From Candidatus Micrarchaeota archaeon (GTDB taxonomy: Archaea; Micrarchaeota; Micrarchaeia; Micrarchaeales; CABMGC01): a stretch of DNA of 64,000 nt. Position numbers and translations under genes: made by a program. The stretch is taken from positions 24,634 through 88,633 of the forward strand of contig DAHXNY010000003.1 of NCBI GenBank assembly GCA_027365175.1, read 5' to 3'. Below, one piece after another: positions 35,662 through 45,078 of the stretch; positions within the stretch are counted from its first letter, which is position 1, and every line of letters begins with the position of its first letter. Under the pieces are notes generated by a model that worked only from the letters and a program-made list of their open reading frames with translations, did no database searches and was not told the origin of the DNA.

Positions 35662-36993
35662 ATGAAGGGGCAGTCTGCTATAGAGTTCATATCCGTATAC
35701 GGGTTTATGCTGATAATAGCGTCGCTTTTCATAGCGCTGGTAGTTCTGTTTGCATTTTCAGCGCAGAACTCGATACAGACTTCGCAGTGCAGCGGATTTT
35801 CCGGTTTCTACTGCTCAAGTGCACAGGTAGTGTACAATGCAGTGGCTAGAAACTCTCTGGTGTTTTTGGCTCTTGATACTGAGCAGAGCGCTCCGGTAAA
35901 TGTCATAGGAATAAATGTGATAATAGATAATGGCACATATGCAGGGACTTGTTTGCCTGCGGTTGCCGTTCCGACTAGTCCCATAGACTGCATTATCGGG
36001 GTGAATAGCATAACAAGGGTAGGGCAGCAGGTAATAGGCTCCTATAGCATAAACGGGCAGTACTGCAATTCGCCGTTATATAGAGTTACTGTAGAGAACT
36101 GCACATATCAGAATGTTACATATGCAGGTTCGTTCTCGACATTCGTTTCCAATCATCTTAGCCTCGGATATGGAAATCCACCTGTAGCCCCAACCGTAGT
36201 TGGCGCAGTAAGCGGCAGTTTGTATACCCCGTGGAGTATTGCCATGGCTCCTTCAGGAGCATATGCTTATGTTCCAGAGACTTTTGGCAGCAGTTCTGGT
36301 TACGGCGATATAGCCGTAATAAGTACGTCGACCAATTCAATAACGAACAGATTCGGCGCGGGCTCATTTGAATTTCCCATGGATGCACCGATAGCTCCGG
36401 CAGGAAGCTATGCATATGTGACAAATGAGGGGTTTACCGGAGTGCCGTATATAGACGCTATCAGCACATCAACCGGATCCGAATTATACCAGATAACATT
36501 GACGAACTTATGGCCTCAAAGTTTGGCCTTCTCGCCTTCAGGCTCATATGCATATATGCTTGGAAGTTCCAATGTGTTGGTGCTCAACCCCTCTACCAGG
36601 CAGATAACAGGCTCGATAAACAGCCAGGCGTTTAATACTCCGCTTGCAATAGCGTTCGCCCCTAACGGCGCGTATGCGTATGTGACAAACTCAGGTGGCA
36701 ACAACGTACTGGTTATCAACACAGCAACAGGCACCGTATCAAATTCTATAACGTCCGCAACATTCCAGAATATTGACACGTTGACAGTATCTCCTGACGG
36801 CGCATACCTGTATGTAGGTTCATCAAACAAGATATTCATAATAAGCACGGCGACAGGCAAGATAGTGGATATGTTTACTTCTGGACTAGACAACCCAACG
36901 GGCATGGCGTTTACTCCCAGCGGCTCCCTCTTATACGTAGTTAATTATAACTCTGGGAATGTGATAATAGTTAACCCTGGGACTTACAAATAG
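35662..36993 (+). CDS. Class III signal peptide (pilin-like) protein with C-terminal YVTN/YncE beta-propeller
   Basis: KGQSAIEF plus hydrophobic helix; repeated AFxPxGxYAYVTN blades. Confidence 0.8.
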   Translation: MKGQSAIEFISVYGFMLIIASLFIALVVLFAFSAQNSIQTSQCSGFSGFYCSSAQVVYNAVARNSLVFLALDTEQSAPVNVIGINVIIDNGTYAGTCLPAVAVPTSPIDCIIGVNSITRVGQQVIGSYSINGQYCNSPLYRVTVENCTYQNVTYAGSFSTFVSNHLSLGYGNPPVAPTVVGAVSGSLYTPWSIAMAPSGAYAYVPETFGSSSGYGDIAVISTSTNSITNRFGAGSFEFPMDAPIAPAGSYAYVTNEGFTGVPYIDAISTSTGSELYQITLTNLWPQSLAFSPSGSYAYMLGSSNVLVLNPSTRQITGSINSQAFNTPLAIAFAPNGAYAYVTNSGGNNVLVINTATGTVSNSITSATFQNIDTLTVSPDGAYLYVGSSNKIFIISTATGKIVDMFTSGLDNPTGMAFTPSGSLLYVVNYNSGNVIIVNPGTYK

Positions 36994-37017
36994 GTTCTTG
37001 AGCAGAAGATGTGCAGG

Positions 37018-37686
37018 TTATCTCGACATGCTGGAGATTATGCTGCGATAAGTGGATCTTTTCTTTTCTATGACCTTTATCCTGTTTGTCCTACGGGTTG
37101 CGATTCTCTTCAGCTTTACCGCCTTCTTCTTCCTGAAGAACTTCAGTAATCCTGACTCTGTCACCTTTATCTCGTAATTCACCCTGCTCATGAAGTCAGA
37201 GTGCTTCTGAAGCAGTTTGTCATAATAGACTGCCTTCCTGTTTATGTCTGAGGAGAAATTGTCATAGTATTTTGCTATGGAGCTTACGCTGCGTGACTTG
37301 CACGTTAGCCCTATCAGAAGTAGGGTTGCAAGGTCATTGCCAAATATCGAAGAATAACCTACTGCAAGAGCCTCTATGTGCTTCAGATACTCCTTCGTCT
37401 CATTTCTGGACATTGTCTTTGTGTTGGCTATCACATTTGGCATGCAGAATATCTCATAATCATAGTTGTTCAATACGCCCTTGACATTTGATACGTGAGT
37501 GTCGAGCTGATCCTTCGCCTCCTTGTTTTGCTGCCTTCCGGATCCCAGTTCTGTCTCCCACCTTCTCCTTATTATATCCTTGAGAGCCGCTTTTTCCAAG
37601 CTAACTTTCTCCTGAGGCAGATTAATACTAGTTCCCTCTCTTATCGCCAAACAACCACTTGACTCTGTTCCCTTAAAATGAAACAA
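37018..37686 (-). CDS. Hypothetical helical, basic protein
   Basis: 222-aa ORF co-oriented downstream of the AAA ATPase; start uncertain. Confidence 0.6.
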   Translation of the reverse strand: MFHFKGTESSGCLAIREGTSINLPQEKVSLEKAALKDIIRRRWETELGSGRQQNKEAKDQLDTHVSNVKGVLNNYDYEIFCMPNVIANTKTMSRNETKEYLKHIEALAVGYSSIFGNDLATLLLIGLTCKSRSVSSIAKYYDNFSSDINRKAVYYDKLLQKHSDFMSRVNYEIKVTESGLLKFFRKKKAVKLKRIATRRTNRIKVIEKKRSTYRSIISSMSR

Positions 37687-37723
37687 ACTCTCAAGCTAGT
37701 ATTTTAAATATATGTGTGGCTGC

Positions 37724-39223
37724 TCAGAATAAGTATATTGCGAATTGCCTGATGAATCTCTTGATTCCCTGGTAAAATGGATTGGAGTTCCTCTTCACGT
37801 CCTTGACCAACGGGCTGTATTTGCGTTTCTCCTCTGCCGAGAGCTGGCCCTCCTTTACTATCTCCTGCTTCTTGCCATCGACTATCTGAGTCTCGGTCTT
37901 TGATATTATCTCTTTCTTCATCATCGCATACCATTCGTCAAGGGAGTTGCCTTTCCTCTTTATCATATTGATGAAGTCTGACATATGTATCTTTCTTCTC
38001 TTTCCCGTCCTGTCCTCTTCGGCAGCAGGAATCAGCGCTGCCTTGTCGCAGATCTCTTCTATATCCGCCTGTGAGAAACCCATGGTGGCCCTTGCCAGCC
38101 TCCCATAGGACATGTGCCCCAGAGGCATGTTCCTCGTATTATAGATGAATGCGCTCTTCCTTGTCTTGTAGTCAGGAGGAGGTATGTATATCGATTCGCC
38201 GAATCTCTTGCTTCTCTTAAGTGCAGGATCTATGTCCCAAGGCTGGTTTGTTGCGCCTATGACAAATATCCCTTCGGGATTCTTCTCCACTCCATCCATC
38301 TCCTGGAGGAACTGGTTTACTGCCATGCGCATGAAGCTCTGGCTCTCCCCTCCGCCGCCTCCTGATCTCTTTGTTCCAAGGGCATCAAGCTCGTCGAAGA
38401 ATATGACTACAGGAGTATTTGCCCTGGCCTGCTCGAATATCGCGTGCATGTTCTTTTCTGTGTTGCCTGCATACATATCGACTATCTCATTTATCGCTGC
38501 GATTATGACCTTGGATTTTGTCTCTCCCCCTATTGCATTCACGAAATAAGTTTTCCCGCAACCTGGCGGACCATAGAATATGACGCCAAGGCCGAGCTTC
38601 TTCCCGTAAGCCTTGAGCAGCTCCGGCTTCTTTATCGCAAGCACTATGTTCTCGTATATGAGCTTCTTCTCCTTCTTCATTCCGACTACGTCGTCGAAGT
38701 TTATCTTCGACTCGTGCCACTTGACCTTCTTTATCTGCCCTTCCTCCACTACGGTTGACTTTGAACCGGTTGAATTGTCTTCCTGCTTCTGGCTGTCATT
38801 TACAAGGACCTTGTCCTTCTTACTCTCCAGGGCCTCAAGCCTTGCCCTTGCCTGCTCATAGTCCGGGTTCCTCGACAGAGCCTTTTCATACCACTCCTTT
38901 GCTCCCTGATAATCCTTCTGGTACTCTGCTATTATGCCCATGATGTACGGTGCGTCATGGCTGTCCGGCTCGAGCTCCAACACCTTCTCGGCATCACGCA
39001 GCGCATTTTCGTATTTGTTAAGTATGGCGTATGCAAGGGCCCTGTTGAAGTATGCACTTGCATATTCAGGATCCTGCTTTATTGCCTTGGAATACAGCTC
39101 TATTGCCCCCTCAAACTCGTTGTTCTCGAAAAGAGTGCCGGCCTTTTTGTAAGTCTCCTTGGCTGCAGTACTTGGCGCATGCTTGCTGCTAGTGGAGGTA
39201 TCTGTCGCATCACTGGCTGCCAT
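37724..39223 (-). CDS. TPR-repeat AAA+ ATPase (single classic AAA domain)
   Basis: About 3 TPRs (AYFNRALAY etc.), GPPGCGKT, IFFDE, ATNQPWDIDPALKR. Confidence 0.9.
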   Translation of the reverse strand: MAASDATDTSTSSKHAPSTAAKETYKKAGTLFENNEFEGAIELYSKAIKQDPEYASAYFNRALAYAILNKYENALRDAEKVLELEPDSHDAPYIMGIIAEYQKDYQGAKEWYEKALSRNPDYEQARARLEALESKKDKVLVNDSQKQEDNSTGSKSTVVEEGQIKKVKWHESKINFDDVVGMKKEKKLIYENIVLAIKKPELLKAYGKKLGLGVIFYGPPGCGKTYFVNAIGGETKSKVIIAAINEIVDMYAGNTEKNMHAIFEQARANTPVVIFFDELDALGTKRSGGGGGESQSFMRMAVNQFLQEMDGVEKNPEGIFVIGATNQPWDIDPALKRSKRFGESIYIPPPDYKTRKSAFIYNTRNMPLGHMSYGRLARATMGFSQADIEEICDKAALIPAAEEDRTGKRRKIHMSDFINMIKRKGNSLDEWYAMMKKEIISKTETQIVDGKKQEIVKEGQLSAEEKRKYSPLVKDVKRNSNPFYQGIKRFIRQFAIYLF

Positions 39224-39280
39224 AAATATCACTTTAACATATCAGTATCCAGATTTATATTTATTGTCTATGATGCACAA

Positions 39281-39691
39281 TCATATCCTGTCAAGGAAGA
39301 GGTTCAGTTCCTTGTCAACTGCGACTATGCCTGGATTCTCCCTCGGCACGTTCTTCAACGAATGGCTCTTGAACTTATTAAGTAGCACCATTGCCTCGGA
39401 GTTAAGCTCCTTCAGCTTGCTGTCCTTGACCCTATAATTGCCATTCAGTTGGTTGACTATGAGCTTGCTGTCTGAGAACAGCTCTATATCATTGTCTTCT
39501 CCCAGTCTGTCTATGGCCTTTCTCAGCGCGTTTATCACTGCATTGTATTCTGCTACGTTGTTGGTGGCTATTCCATTGTACTCGGTATTCTTGTATATCA
39601 GCTTGCCGTGTGCATCTGAGATCGAGTATCCGGAAGCGCTCTTTCCCGGGTTTCCCCTCGCTGCTCCGTCGGTGTATATTCTTAAAAGCAT
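39281..39691 (-). CDS. rnhA: Ribonuclease HI
   Basis: YTDGAARGNPG, TNNVAEY, SDSKL, VPRE. Confidence 0.92.
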   Translation of the reverse strand: MLLRIYTDGAARGNPGKSASGYSISDAHGKLIYKNTEYNGIATNNVAEYNAVINALRKAIDRLGEDNDIELFSDSKLIVNQLNGNYRVKDSKLKELNSEAMVLLNKFKSHSLKNVPRENPGIVAVDKELNLFLDRI

Positions 39692-39761
39692 TAAAGCACG
39701 TGTTCATACTTCACCGCATAATATTAAATATTTAGTTTGTTATCTAATCACAGGTGTTTAA

Positions 39762-40175
39762 ATGGGATTATTCGACAGGTTTGGAAAGAAGAACGTCGCA
39801 GACGACTTGGAAAAGCAGCTGCCTTACGCAATGAAGACGGAGTTTGTGCCTTATAAGCTGAAGGCTAACGGCAGGAGCTCATCGTCGCTTTTCGTAAGCG
39901 TCAAGAACCTCACTAAGGAGCCCGTAATGAGTTCCGTTATTGTTGAGGTGCCTAAGAAGCTCAACCTTGACGAGATTGGAATGACAAAGCAGAAGGAGGT
40001 AAGGATAGGCATGCTGGCGCCTAATGAGGAGAAACGCGCCGCTATAGACATATACTCCGGACCGGCAACTGACAAGGGAGATTACACTCTATCAGTGACT
40101 GCATTCGTTCATTACAGGGATTATAGCCACGTGCTCAATTCCATGAAGAAGCGTATCATAGTCTCAGCGGTCTGA
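39762..40175 (+). CDS. Hypothetical Ig-like beta protein
   Basis: GGTG RBS, beta-rich pattern, amphipathic MGLFDRF start. Confidence 0.65.
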   Translation: MGLFDRFGKKNVADDLEKQLPYAMKTEFVPYKLKANGRSSSSLFVSVKNLTKEPVMSSVIVEVPKKLNLDEIGMTKQKEVRIGMLAPNEEKRAAIDIYSGPATDKGDYTLSVTAFVHYRDYSHVLNSMKKRIIVSAV

Positions 40176-40481
40176 ACCGTTCTGCTGCTCCTGCTTCTGG
40201 ACAGGAGTTGTAGTAGATTCTAGCTTTTGCTTTATCGCAGTTATGGCTTTGGCTACATCCATGCCTTTCTCGGTAAGAAATACCCTCTTTATCCTTCCAT
40301 GCTTCTCGCTTGCCATTATGCCCATGCGCTCGCACGTGTTTACAAAATTAGATGTATGTATATAGGTTACGCCTGCCGCCTTTGCAAGATCCGCTATGTG
40401 CCACTCCTTCTCCTCTATAAGCGCCGTCAGCAGCCTTACCTGCTTCTCTTTGAAGAGAAGTGTTCCAAATGGATTTTTCAT
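40164..40481 (-). CDS. Winged-helix (MarR-like) DNA-binding protein
   Basis: IADLAKAAGVTY...GRIKRVFLTEKG. Confidence 0.8.
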   Translation of the reverse strand: MKNPFGTLLFKEKQVRLLTALIEEKEWHIADLAKAAGVTYIHTSNFVNTCERMGIMASEKHGRIKRVFLTEKGMDVAKAITAIKQKLESTTTPVQKQEQQNGSDR

Positions 40482-40494
40482 GCGCTCAGCTTTT

Positions 40495-40983
40495 TCAAGA
40501 ACGGACTACCTTGGTGACTATCTTTCCATATATGAAGTTCTGGAACCCAGTATGGGTATCAGTATAATTGATGGCAATCGTACCTGCAAATACGGTGTCC
40601 AACGGACCGCTGAACTGAGTGCTCCCTTGGTAGCATAAGACATCAAATGTAGTATTTTCCCCAGTATTCATCGCCACTGGAGTAGCATATGTGTAAAGAT
40701 GTGCGGTTGTCTGGTTGGAGTTACAGCCTATCTGGGTTACGGCTATAGGGTCTATGTTGGTATACTCTATGTTAAGCACCACCAACCCGTTGCCGTAAAG
40801 ATAGTTGCTTCCGCAGGTGAAACCTGCCGGAAGGGTGCATATTGGAGAGATATAGTTTGAAGGAGTGAAGACATTCAGTTCGTAAAGCGCTACTAACACT
40901 ACCCCTATTATCAGAATTGCCCATCCATATGTCATAAGATACTCCATTGCGCTCTGGAGCTTATGCGTTCCTGTTTTATGCAT
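40495..40983 (-). CDS. Type IV pilin-like protein
   Basis: KLQSAMEYLMTYGWAIL class III signal peptide. Confidence 0.82.
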   Translation of the reverse strand: MHKTGTHKLQSAMEYLMTYGWAILIIGVVLVALYELNVFTPSNYISPICTLPAGFTCGSNYLYGNGLVVLNIEYTNIDPIAVTQIGCNSNQTTAHLYTYATPVAMNTGENTTFDVLCYQGSTQFSGPLDTVFAGTIAINYTDTHTGFQNFIYGKIVTKVVRS

Positions 40984-41053
40984 GCTTTTATTGCTACTTA
41001 AAGAATTATAAAGAAGTTACTACATACATGTGCATTGTATTGAGGTAGTTTTT

Positions 41054-42805
41054 ATGGAGATAATCGGTTATGCGCTCACCGCCGTTTACATAATCTTGTT
41101 TATAGGACTGCTGTCTGCTGTTGCAATCTACAGAAAAGACCTCCGCAAGGCACTTAAAGGCAGGGTGACAAGACGGTCACTCATAGCTCTTTTATTCATA
41201 CTCATCTTCTTCGTATCATTTCTTGTCATGTTCGTGCATCCTGCAGAACAGCTATACTTTGACGAGAACATATACCAGGGCATAGCCATAAACATACTTA
41301 AGCACGGCAATGCGCTCTGGTGCCAGTATGGAAGCGCGTATCTTAACCAGTGCGGAGCTAATGCAGTGTACCATGACCCTGTTGAATGGTCATTCTACAT
41401 AGCGATAGCCTTCGGAATATTCGGCATAGGGACGGCCACGGCTTATGGCATGCAGCTGCTTATAGGCGCGATGCTGGTTGCGTTCACCTTCATGTTAGGG
41501 TCCGTAATGAAGGGAGAGAAGGCAGGCGTACTATCGGCACTTGCCATGTCAGTAATGCCAGAGTTAATAATATGGTCGAGAGCACAGGCGGTGCCTGATC
41601 TGGCGCTTGCATCTTTTGCGACTCTTGCATTCTTCTTCTTCATAGTATTTATGGAGAATAAGAGGAGTTCGACATTGCTTCCATTCCTGTTTTCCTTGGG
41701 AATCGCAGTTTACATCAGGACCGAAGGTGCGCTCCTCATACCTCTGTTCATAATAATATATTTCATATATGGGGATTCTTCCATAAGGAAGAACTTCGGC
41801 GCCAGCGTAAGGTGGCTGAAGGATCTGATAAACAGGGATGAGCGCTCTCTCCTATACATACTGCTCTTTGCAATACTCCTCGTCCCGCAGGCTTATTACG
41901 TATCCGGGCAGCTTTCCAATCCACAGTTTGGACAGGGAAAGAGCGGCCTTTTCTCTCTGTCAAGCTTTGAAATAAATGCCCCTGTAAATGTAAATTACCT
42001 GTTCGGCGCATTTGACACAACGGGCTATTACCCTGCAGCCTTCCCTGCGGCCATAACGCTTCTTGCAGTGATAGGCACAGCCGTTGCTATTGCAACATCG
42101 GTAAATGACAGGAAGAATATGTCGATAGTGATAGCTCTTGGCTTATGGTTCTTGGCATACTTTTTCTTCTACTCGTTTTTCTATGCAGGAGCCGCAACCT
42201 ACGGAGTCGATTCGAGAATGATGCTGCAGCTGCATCCGCAGCTGGTCATACTCTCTGCAATAGGCATAGTGGAGATGTCCGGTTTATTAGGACTGGTTGG
42301 GATGAACAGGAGGAGAATTAAGAGCAGCAGGCGCAGCAGATCATTTCTGAACAGGCATGATGCCCTTGTTGCAATCCCATATGCGATATTCCTGATAATC
42401 ATCGTGTTCATATTCATCCAGTTCTTCCCGATTGTCACCATGCCTCCTTCAAGCGCTCCGCAGCAGAGCGTCATACTGCCTGCAAGCAATTTCATAAACA
42501 GCAATTACAGCGCCGTTCCGAGCAACTGCATCGTGTTCAGCTTCACTCCTGATATGTGGTATGAGAATGGCAGAGCCGCGGCACAGATAGGCTACCTGCA
42601 GTCTGACAGCAGCAACTTCACCAACTTCACAAAGAGCTACAGGTGTTTTGTACTAGATTATGGTTACTGGTGCCTCGTTCCGCCTTATGACAATACCACG
42701 TGCCCTGCATATCTGAAATCATACAACACGAGCGTACTTGCGACGAGGAGCATAAGCGGTGCGGCAAGCAATATGAGCTTCTACCTTCTAAGAAACTACT
42801 CGTGA
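41054..42805 (+). CDS. GT-C fold membrane glycosyltransferase (PMT/ArnT-like)
   Basis: YFDE loop, HDP, IRTEG, more than 10 TM segments. Confidence 0.75.
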   Translation: MEIIGYALTAVYIILFIGLLSAVAIYRKDLRKALKGRVTRRSLIALLFILIFFVSFLVMFVHPAEQLYFDENIYQGIAINILKHGNALWCQYGSAYLNQCGANAVYHDPVEWSFYIAIAFGIFGIGTATAYGMQLLIGAMLVAFTFMLGSVMKGEKAGVLSALAMSVMPELIIWSRAQAVPDLALASFATLAFFFFIVFMENKRSSTLLPFLFSLGIAVYIRTEGALLIPLFIIIYFIYGDSSIRKNFGASVRWLKDLINRDERSLLYILLFAILLVPQAYYVSGQLSNPQFGQGKSGLFSLSSFEINAPVNVNYLFGAFDTTGYYPAAFPAAITLLAVIGTAVAIATSVNDRKNMSIVIALGLWFLAYFFFYSFFYAGAATYGVDSRMMLQLHPQLVILSAIGIVEMSGLLGLVGMNRRRIKSSRRSRSFLNRHDALVAIPYAIFLIIIVFIFIQFFPIVTMPPSSAPQQSVILPASNFINSNYSAVPSNCIVFSFTPDMWYENGRAAAQIGYLQSDSSNFTNFTKSYRCFVLDYGYWCLVPPYDNTTCPAYLKSYNTSVLATRSISGAASNMSFYLLRNYS

Positions 42806-43608
42806 GCAGCGCTCTTTTTCCTCAGAATGCGCTGCCTTAAGACCAGCAGCGCTATTATGATTATTATTGCGATTATGGCTGCCTGCACCAGATAGCCTTT
42901 CAGCTTGTTCTGGCCTGCAGAGTATGGGATAATCTTTATTATAGAGACTGAAGAGTAGGTCGTGCCGTTTGACTGGTATTCCAAAGCTACCGCACCTGAA
43001 TAGGTATTGTTCTGGCTTGGAAGGTTTGCATAAAGCGTGAAGTTGTGGTACTGGTAGGGATTGACAACAAAACCGGATATCCTGCTCCCGTTCCTCTCAA
43101 GTTCGGGAGGGAGTATGAGAGTGATGTTGCCGCTTATGGTATTTGAAGAGAAGCTGTATATGCTTCCGTCAACCTTTGCAGTCGTTGAGTTTATGTCCTG
43201 GACTGTCACATTGCTTATGCCTACAAGCGCAAGGTGGGTGCCATGGTTCTGCACAACGCACGGGAATACCACGGTGAACATCTGGGTGCCTTGCTGATAG
43301 GTTACAAGAAAGGAGTATGCGAAAGAGCCCGTATCGTTGCCTATGCTGGAATTTATATCGAAAAGGGCAGCATGGCCAGGACTTACCTGAACTGCCGGAT
43401 ACGTACCGGTCAGCTTATTTGAAAATGCATAGTATGATTGCAGGACAACGGATGATGCACTCTCTGTGCCGCTGTTGGCTATGGAGAAGTTTATGCTGCC
43501 GTTAGTGTTAAGATTGGACTGGCACGTTCCGGTAAGTGTGACCGTTCCGGCAGCATACGCAGTGTATGCAAGCATGCTGATAAACAGGATAGGTAGGAAT
43601 CTGTTCAT
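42796..43608 (-). CDS. Hypothetical surface protein (signal peptide, C-terminal TM)
   Basis: N-terminal signal, NxS/T-rich body, C-terminal TM and basic tail. Confidence 0.7.
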   Translation of the reverse strand: MNRFLPILFISMLAYTAYAAGTVTLTGTCQSNLNTNGSINFSIANSGTESASSVVLQSYYAFSNKLTGTYPAVQVSPGHAALFDINSSIGNDTGSFAYSFLVTYQQGTQMFTVVFPCVVQNHGTHLALVGISNVTVQDINSTTAKVDGSIYSFSSNTISGNITLILPPELERNGSRISGFVVNPYQYHNFTLYANLPSQNNTYSGAVALEYQSNGTTYSSVSIIKIIPYSAGQNKLKGYLVQAAIIAIIIIIALLVLRQRILRKKSAAHE

Positions 43609-43625
43609 CTTTTCGCCTTACTGCG

Positions 43626-44939
43626 TTACTGCAGCACTCCCATGTTCCCAAGACCTATTTTTTGCATCGCCCTGCCAGGATTGTCATAGTACTCTTTGCA
43701 GAATTCATTTATGCCGCGGAGGTCCCTTATCCCAAGCTTGTTGAGAGTCTCGAGTATCTTTGCTCTCCTGTTCTCCTCTGCTATTATCTCGTTGGGAGTG
43801 AACCCGGAGAGTCTGGCAAGCGTATCCCTGTATGTTATGCTGGGCAGGATTGCAGAGCCCTTCCTTGTCCTGTAATCGTATAGATATAGATCTGAGAGCA
43901 GGACCTTTGTCTCTATTCCAGATACCTCTGATATCTGGGTGACCTTTCTCTCGAATCCCTTGTCACCTGCAATCTGGGATATCACCATCAATGCATCTAT
44001 TAGCGTTATTGCACTGCTGCTTATGCTCATCGGAGGCTGCTCCAGCCTGTTGACTATGTCCCTCGTGGTGCTTGCGTGTATCGTTCCGAAGACGATCTTT
44101 CCTATCGTCATTGCAGATATGAGATCCTTGGCCTCCGCTCCTCTTACCTCTCCTATAATTATCATGTCGGGCCTCATTCTGAGAACGTTCTTCAGGAGGT
44201 CCTCAAGAGTCAGGTCGAGGTTTGTCTCAAGCCTTACGCAGTTCTCCTGCGTCTCCGTATTAAGCTCGTATGTGTCCTCTATAACCACCACTCTTTCCTC
44301 AGGCCTGAAGAAGCTGAACATGGCGTTAAGCAGAGTGGTCTTTCCGCTTCCCGGAGTGCCGCCAAGAAGCAGGTTTGCAGGCCTCACCTTCAATCCCTCT
44401 GAGTACAGCCATATCCTTGCAGCCATATTGTAGTTAAGCTCTCCGAAATTTACCAAGTCTATTACACTGAAGGCATGCTTCTTGAAATTTCTTATCGTGA
44501 CGCTGGCTCCCCTGGGCGACTTTACCACGTTTGCCCTTGAACCGTTCGGAAGGTGTATGTCGTATATGTGCTTGTTGGCGTCGTTTGCAGTGGCATACAT
44601 GTTTAGCTTCTTTACGAACCTCACGAGCTCCTGCGGAGACTTTATCTTCTCCTCGACCTTCATCTCCCCTTCCGCTCCCTTGTTGATGAATATGTTGTCT
44701 GTGCTGTTGATCATTATGTCCTCTACCTGCTCATCACTGAGATAGTTAGTTATAGGGTAGAAATCGTGCGTGTCTTTCGCTATCCTTGTGATTATCTCCT
44801 GGTCTGAAGACGGATTGAAGGTCTTGGCTATCTTCTCTATGGCGCTGTAAAGCGATGCGTCCCCGTATATGTCCGACATCTTGCCTTCAAGCTCTTCGAA
44901 TATCTTCTCTTCAAAGTCATAGAATTCTTCGTCGTCCAT
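43626..44939 (-). CDS. Type II/IV secretion or pilus ATPase (CpaF/VirB11/ArlI family)
   Basis: GTPGSGKTT, IEDTYEL, LRMRPDMIIIGEVRG, GTIHA. Confidence 0.92.
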   Translation of the reverse strand: MDDEEFYDFEEKIFEELEGKMSDIYGDASLYSAIEKIAKTFNPSSDQEIITRIAKDTHDFYPITNYLSDEQVEDIMINSTDNIFINKGAEGEMKVEEKIKSPQELVRFVKKLNMYATANDANKHIYDIHLPNGSRANVVKSPRGASVTIRNFKKHAFSVIDLVNFGELNYNMAARIWLYSEGLKVRPANLLLGGTPGSGKTTLLNAMFSFFRPEERVVVIEDTYELNTETQENCVRLETNLDLTLEDLLKNVLRMRPDMIIIGEVRGAEAKDLISAMTIGKIVFGTIHASTTRDIVNRLEQPPMSISSSAITLIDALMVISQIAGDKGFERKVTQISEVSGIETKVLLSDLYLYDYRTRKGSAILPSITYRDTLARLSGFTPNEIIAEENRRAKILETLNKLGIRDLRGINEFCKEYYDNPGRAMQKIGLGNMGVLQ

Positions 44940-45078
44940 GCCAACCAGCAGATGATGTTTAATGATAATAATTCAAAGAGTAAGTTTAATAATCTGTATT
45001 CATCTGAGACGCAGGTTGGCATATAACGCAGCAAGTCAATCTTTTTATTGTTTTAGAGCCAACATTTATCGTAATTGG

